DNA of 64,000 nucleotides, from contig OY762007.1 in NCBI GenBank assembly GCA_963665115.1, forward strand, positions 1,056,001 to 1,120,000, read 5' to 3'. The notes under the pieces were generated by a model, which saw nothing but the letters and a program-made list of their open reading frames with translations, was not told where the DNA came from and ran no database searches. Shown here in pieces: positions 61,973-64,000 of this stretch. Each line of letters starts with the position of its first letter. Within the stretch, counting starts at the first letter, position 1. The position numbers were made by a program, and so were the translations under genes. The DNA is from an uncultured Rivularia sp. (GTDB taxonomy: Bacteria; Cyanobacteriota; Cyanobacteriia; Cyanobacteriales; Nostocaceae).

Positions 61973-62983
61973 TTACGCAGCTTCTCCAAGATTTACTTCT
62001 TCGTCTTCTGTTTGAGTTTCCAAAGTTTTTTCTTCCCTGGTCAACTGTAAAAATACGTCTTCTAATGTAGCGTTAATTCGTCGCATTTCGTGTAAACCAA
62101 ATCCTGCTTGCAGCAAAGAGTTGGCGATCGCGTTTCCCGGTTCGGTTTCTGGTTGCGATACTACCCGCATTCTGAAGCGATTTTCTTCGAGTTGTTTACC
62201 TTCAGCAACTAACATCGGAATTGATTCTACCAGATTCACACCGGGTAAATTCTGTAGCATTTGTTTTGCTAAAGCAGCTTCCCCTTCAACTTCTAATTCA
62301 TAACCCGAACCACTAGTCAGTTCGCTCATTAAATTATCTAGGGTATTTGTTGCTACAATTTTGCCGCTATTAATTATTGCTACGCGGTTACAGGTCATGC
62401 TGACTTCTGGCAAAATATGCGTAGAAATAATAATCGTATGACTACCAGCGAGGCTTTTAATTAAATTACGTACATCTATAATTTGTCGGGGATCTAATCC
62501 TACGGTGGGTTCATCAAGAATAATTGCCGGTGGATCGTGGACAATTGCTTGAGCAATGCCAACTCTTTGACGGTATCCTTTAGAAAGTTTGCGGATTAAG
62601 ACATGACGCTTATCTGTTAAATTACAGCGTTCCATCGCTGCTGCTACCTTACTCTTTCTGTCTCCAGCACTAATTCCCTTAATACGAGCGACAAAAAACA
62701 AAAAACCTTGCACCGACATTTCCGGATACAAAGGCGGATTTTCCGGTAAATAGCCGATTTTCTGCCTTACTGCCAAAGAATCTTCGTGAACATCTAAACC
62801 AGCAATCCTAGCCGTGCCGCTAGAGGCAGGTAGATAACCAGTTAGAATCCTCATGGTAGTAGTTTTTCCAGCACCGTTAGGCCCTAAAAATCCCAGAATT
62901 TCCCCTTCTTCAACATTAAAAGTTACATCCTCGATCGCCGAGGTAGAACCGTATACTTTATTCAGATGTTCAACTTCAATCAT
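61973..62983 (-). CDS. ABC transporter ATP-binding protein (GldA-like)
   Basis: GPNGAGKTT, LSKGYRQR, ILDEPT. Confidence 0.96.
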   Translation of the reverse strand: MIEVEHLNKVYGSTSAIEDVTFNVEEGEILGFLGPNGAGKTTTMRILTGYLPASSGTARIAGLDVHEDSLAVRQKIGYLPENPPLYPEMSVQGFLFFVARIKGISAGDRKSKVAAAMERCNLTDKRHVLIRKLSKGYRQRVGIAQAIVHDPPAIILDEPTVGLDPRQIIDVRNLIKSLAGSHTIIISTHILPEVSMTCNRVAIINSGKIVATNTLDNLMSELTSGSGYELEVEGEAALAKQMLQNLPGVNLVESIPMLVAEGKQLEENRFRMRVVSQPETEPGNAIANSLLQAGFGLHEMRRINATLEDVFLQLTREEKTLETQTEDEEVNLGEAA

Positions 62984-63027
62984 AAAAATGCTACCTATAA
63001 CGTGACAGATTTATCTTAATACTATTG

Positions 63028-63341
63028 GGAATGGGTAATGGGTAATTGGTAATGGGGAATAGGGCATGGGGCATAGGGCATGGGGCATGGGGCATGGGGC
63101 GTAGGAAAAATTAGGAGTTGGGAGTGATATTTAATATGCAGATCTTTAACCTTATTAGCTGTTTTTGTTACTAAAAAAACATAAAAGCTGAGTAGAAAAC
63201 ACTATTTTATAGATAGTTACATATAACACAGAAAAAAATTAGATTATAGGATATATAAATATTTTTATTTTTATTTTTATTTTCAATTACCAATTACCAA
63301 TTACCAATTACCAATCCCCCATGCCCAATGCCCAATTCCCT
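63028..63341. repeat. Oppositely oriented STRR blocks flanking a divergent promoter region
   Basis: GGTAATG/GGGCATG units at 63028-63100 and TTACCAA/TGCCCAA units at 63285-63341. Confidence 0.8.
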
Positions 63342-63350
63342 TTTTAAACA

Positions 63351-64000
63351 ATGGTAAATTCAACAGACGCTACCACAGTTTATGTCAACCCAGTCACTGG
63401 CAGCGATACCAATAGTGGTTCGAGGTTGTCTCCTTTTAAGAGTCTCACTCGTGCTTTAAATGACTTACGTTCACCTGCTATTGTTCAATTGGCTGATGGA
63501 CTTTATCATGCTGCTAATGGTGAAGTCTTTCCGGTAATTATTCCCAATGGTGTCTGGGTGGTGGGTAATGAAGCAACCAAAGGTCAAAATATTCTAATTG
63601 AAGGAAGCGGCGATTATCAAACTAAAAACTTTGGCTTGCAGAATATTACGTTAATTCTTGCCTCGGATGCTCAATTAATGGGTGTCACTGTTACCAATCC
63701 TATTAATAAGGGAACTGGTGTTTGGATTGACTCAACTTCACCTACTATCGCGAATAATACGTTTATTAAATGCCGTCGGGAAGGAATATTTATTAGCGGT
63801 AATGCTAAACCGGCAATTTTAGATAATGTTTTTGTGCAAAATGCTTCCGCTGGGTTGGTAATGGCGCGTAATGCCAAAGGCGAAATATTGCGAAATGTCA
63901 TGCAACGAAATCCGATTGGTATTGCCATTAGCGATTTTGCCGCTCCTTTGGTAGCTAATAATAAGCTGTCGGAAAACCGTACTGCAATCGCTTTATCTAG
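63351..64000 (+). CDS. DUF1565 / parallel beta-helix protein, partial (runs off the window)
   Basis: MVNSTDATTVYVNPVTGSDTNSGSRLSPFKSLTRAL...LADGLY...GEVFPVII...GNEATKG. Confidence 0.88.
   Translation, partial: MVNSTDATTVYVNPVTGSDTNSGSRLSPFKSLTRALNDLRSPAIVQLADGLYHAANGEVFPVIIPNGVWVVGNEATKGQNILIEGSGDYQTKNFGLQNITLILASDAQLMGVTVTNPINKGTGVWIDSTSPTIANNTFIKCRREGIFISGNAKPAILDNVFVQNASAGLVMARNAKGEILRNVMQRNPIGIAISDFAAPLVANNKLSENRTAIALS

Overview
AT-rich chromosomal segment of a filamentous, probably heterocystous cyanobacterium (Nostocales/Rivulariaceae-like, inferred from many HIP1 GCGATCGC octamers, heptameric STRR repeats, an SLH porin, and CHAT/DUF928/FHA-type genes). In order: end of a glycosylation locus; a DUF928 - MBL hydrolase - TPR/CHAT trio; ltrA; a giant acidic multicopper oxidase fused to FG-GAP/DUF4114-type domains (split by a 1-nt frameshift); a co-oriented ~19.4 kb cluster (14965-34359); two tandem filamentous-haemagglutinin-like genes preceded by an unannotated 51-aa secreted peptide; a REP-bounded toxin-antitoxin/gene-fragment island downstream of alaS; HMA, GGDEF, M41-like and patatin genes; a GldAFG-like ABC operon; and a partial DUF1565 gene. 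The best candidate for an undescribed system is the central cluster. Its 3' half resembles the Synechocystis icfG locus as I recall it (DJ-1, AGE, STAS, glgX, STAS, kinase, PP2C). Here it is joined to a duplicated array of small cofactor-independent enzyme folds, including a 1095-aa CMD-EthD-EthD-VOC-SRPBCC-SnoaL-SnoaL fusion, plus ABM, FMN reductase, porin and CDF genes. Three frameshifts share a GACCCCC context and are probably sequencing errors. All family calls come from motif recognition by eye; no searches were run. No rRNA, tRNA or CRISPR array was seen.
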